63,658 bases of DNA, taken from NCBI RefSeq assembly GCF_000002075.1, contig NW_004797295.1:1097176-1160833 (forward strand), in the 5' to 3' direction. The translations under genes and the position numbers were made by a program. Source of the DNA: Aplysia californica (lineage: Eukaryota). Below, piece by piece: positions 62,204 to 63,658 of the stretch (position 1 is the first letter of the stretch; the number at the start of each line of letters is the position of its first letter). The notes under the pieces were generated by a model. That model made no database searches and was not told where the DNA came from. It saw only the letters and a program-made list of their open reading frames with translations.

Positions 62204-63658
62204 GTTTTTCAAAGGTGTTCAAGGTCTGTCCACCGTCCCTGCACAGAGTTTACATGTACAAAGAACGAGAGGCGATGTATACTGTAGTATAAATTATATA
62301 CAACGTACCTGTAGTTAACTCTTTCCTTACTGTGTTCTACTGACAAATCGCCACGTTTCTTTACGCCTGATAACTAAAGGCTGATGATTCTTGGCACGGA
62401 AAGAGTTAAGACTCGCGCGAGCACGAGGCTTCCATTATCCATTATAGCGTACAGCAGTTGATGGCGCCACGGGTGGGGACGTCCAGTGCAAAGGTGAGGT
62501 ATTGTGCTTTAGTGTAAATTGACTGTAAACGTTTTACGTTCCCATCAACACACTGTAGAAGATTAAGAAGCGAGCTGCTTCAACTCTGCCTTCCAGAGAT
62601 AATCAGGCTGAGAGAGACAGCCCCAAGCAGAAAGATGGGTATACTTGATATAATACACTTCCAAACGCGTTAACCGAACTCAGATCGAAGAGCGTAGAGA
62701 TTGCACTACAAATGCCGTGCATCATGGGATGGCCCGTTTCTTCTTTTCAGTGGTATCCTTTCAAAGTGCCTGGCACTTATAAGATCTATGAGTGTCGATA
62801 ATGCTGTGAATATAGATCTAGTGTGGACGCCACCTTGAATTTCGGGTATCTACATTTCGCGAAGTAATGACTGGGAGCGTGCTTAAAACCACATTAGCTG
62901 AAGATATGGGAACTCAGTTAGAAATATCCAACATACATTTCACCCTCCTTTTAACGGCCAGTAACACCCCCACCCCCCCGCACGCACATGCAAAACAAAA
63001 GAGCAAAGTCGATAATTGTGTCCGCGTCATTGTGCAAGGTAATGTGTGAGTCTGCAAAAATTGAGCGGTAAAGGCGAGTTAGGAAACCCATTGACAGCTC
63101 TGCGACAAGGCAGGTAAAAGTGGATGTCAGCACACACAGGATTGGCTTGAAGCATATTAGGTATTTTAAACATACTTGAAACTGATACCACACCACATCC
63201 AACATTTTTGACATGTTTTGGAGACTCGACACACCATCACATGCCCCTGAAGCCAAGGACGTACGATACTCAGAAAGCCAGCAGTTACAAATCATAGAAA
63301 ATCATGACAACGACCCCCCCCCCTCCCTCTTTTTCTCTGTCTGTCTGTCTTCCGCCCTCCCCCAACTCCATCCCCTCTCTCAATGCCCCCCTTTCGTCAT
63401 CTCTCCAAACAAACGTGAAGCTGTGAGCATTAGCAAACAGAATCCCTCATATCACGAACCCAAGTCCCCACACACCTACGAGCACAGGGAGGGGTATTGG
63501 TTCGATAGACAGAAACAAGGAAAGTAGATGAATGCTTTGATGGAAAGAAAAGAAGAGAAAAAGAAAAAAAATAATTATCTTTTTAAAAGATAAACATAGT
63601 AATAACATCAACAGCGCAACAAAGATTATAGTAAGTGTACGGGGTGGGACGGGATGGG

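Noticed and set aside
56015-63658. Search for the first MAP1 coding exon
   Set aside because: No exon with the expected N-terminal MAP1 sequence and a phase-1 donor was found; it probably lies beyond the window or in a gap.

Overview
Eukaryotic draft-assembly DNA (N gaps, microsatellites, GT-AG introns), most likely an invertebrate and probably a mollusc (inference). Three spliced protein-coding genes can be rebuilt by hand with consistent intron phases. (1) + strand, 4034-13103: nine coding exons, about 801 aa, homologue of C18orf54/LAS2. (2) - strand, 32550-27894: two coding exons, about 896 aa, with nine C2H2 zinc fingers and a short unannotated N-terminal domain; its 3' UTR is probably very long and converges on that of gene 1. 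(3) - strand, 56014-46543: 5'-partial MAP1/Futsch-family gene, more than 1345 aa, with a candidate 15-nt frame-preserving microexon at 55344-55358. The non-coding space holds five copies of a 365-460 bp retroposon with no tRNA head, flanked by target-site duplications and ending in a covarying 3' stem-loop. It also holds tRNA-derived SINE pieces and several MITE-like DNA elements, one nested inside another. There are no prokaryotic-type systems (CRISPR, operons). The best leads are the microexon, the zinc-finger N-terminal domain and the headless retroposon family. Homology calls rest on recalled motifs, not on database searches.
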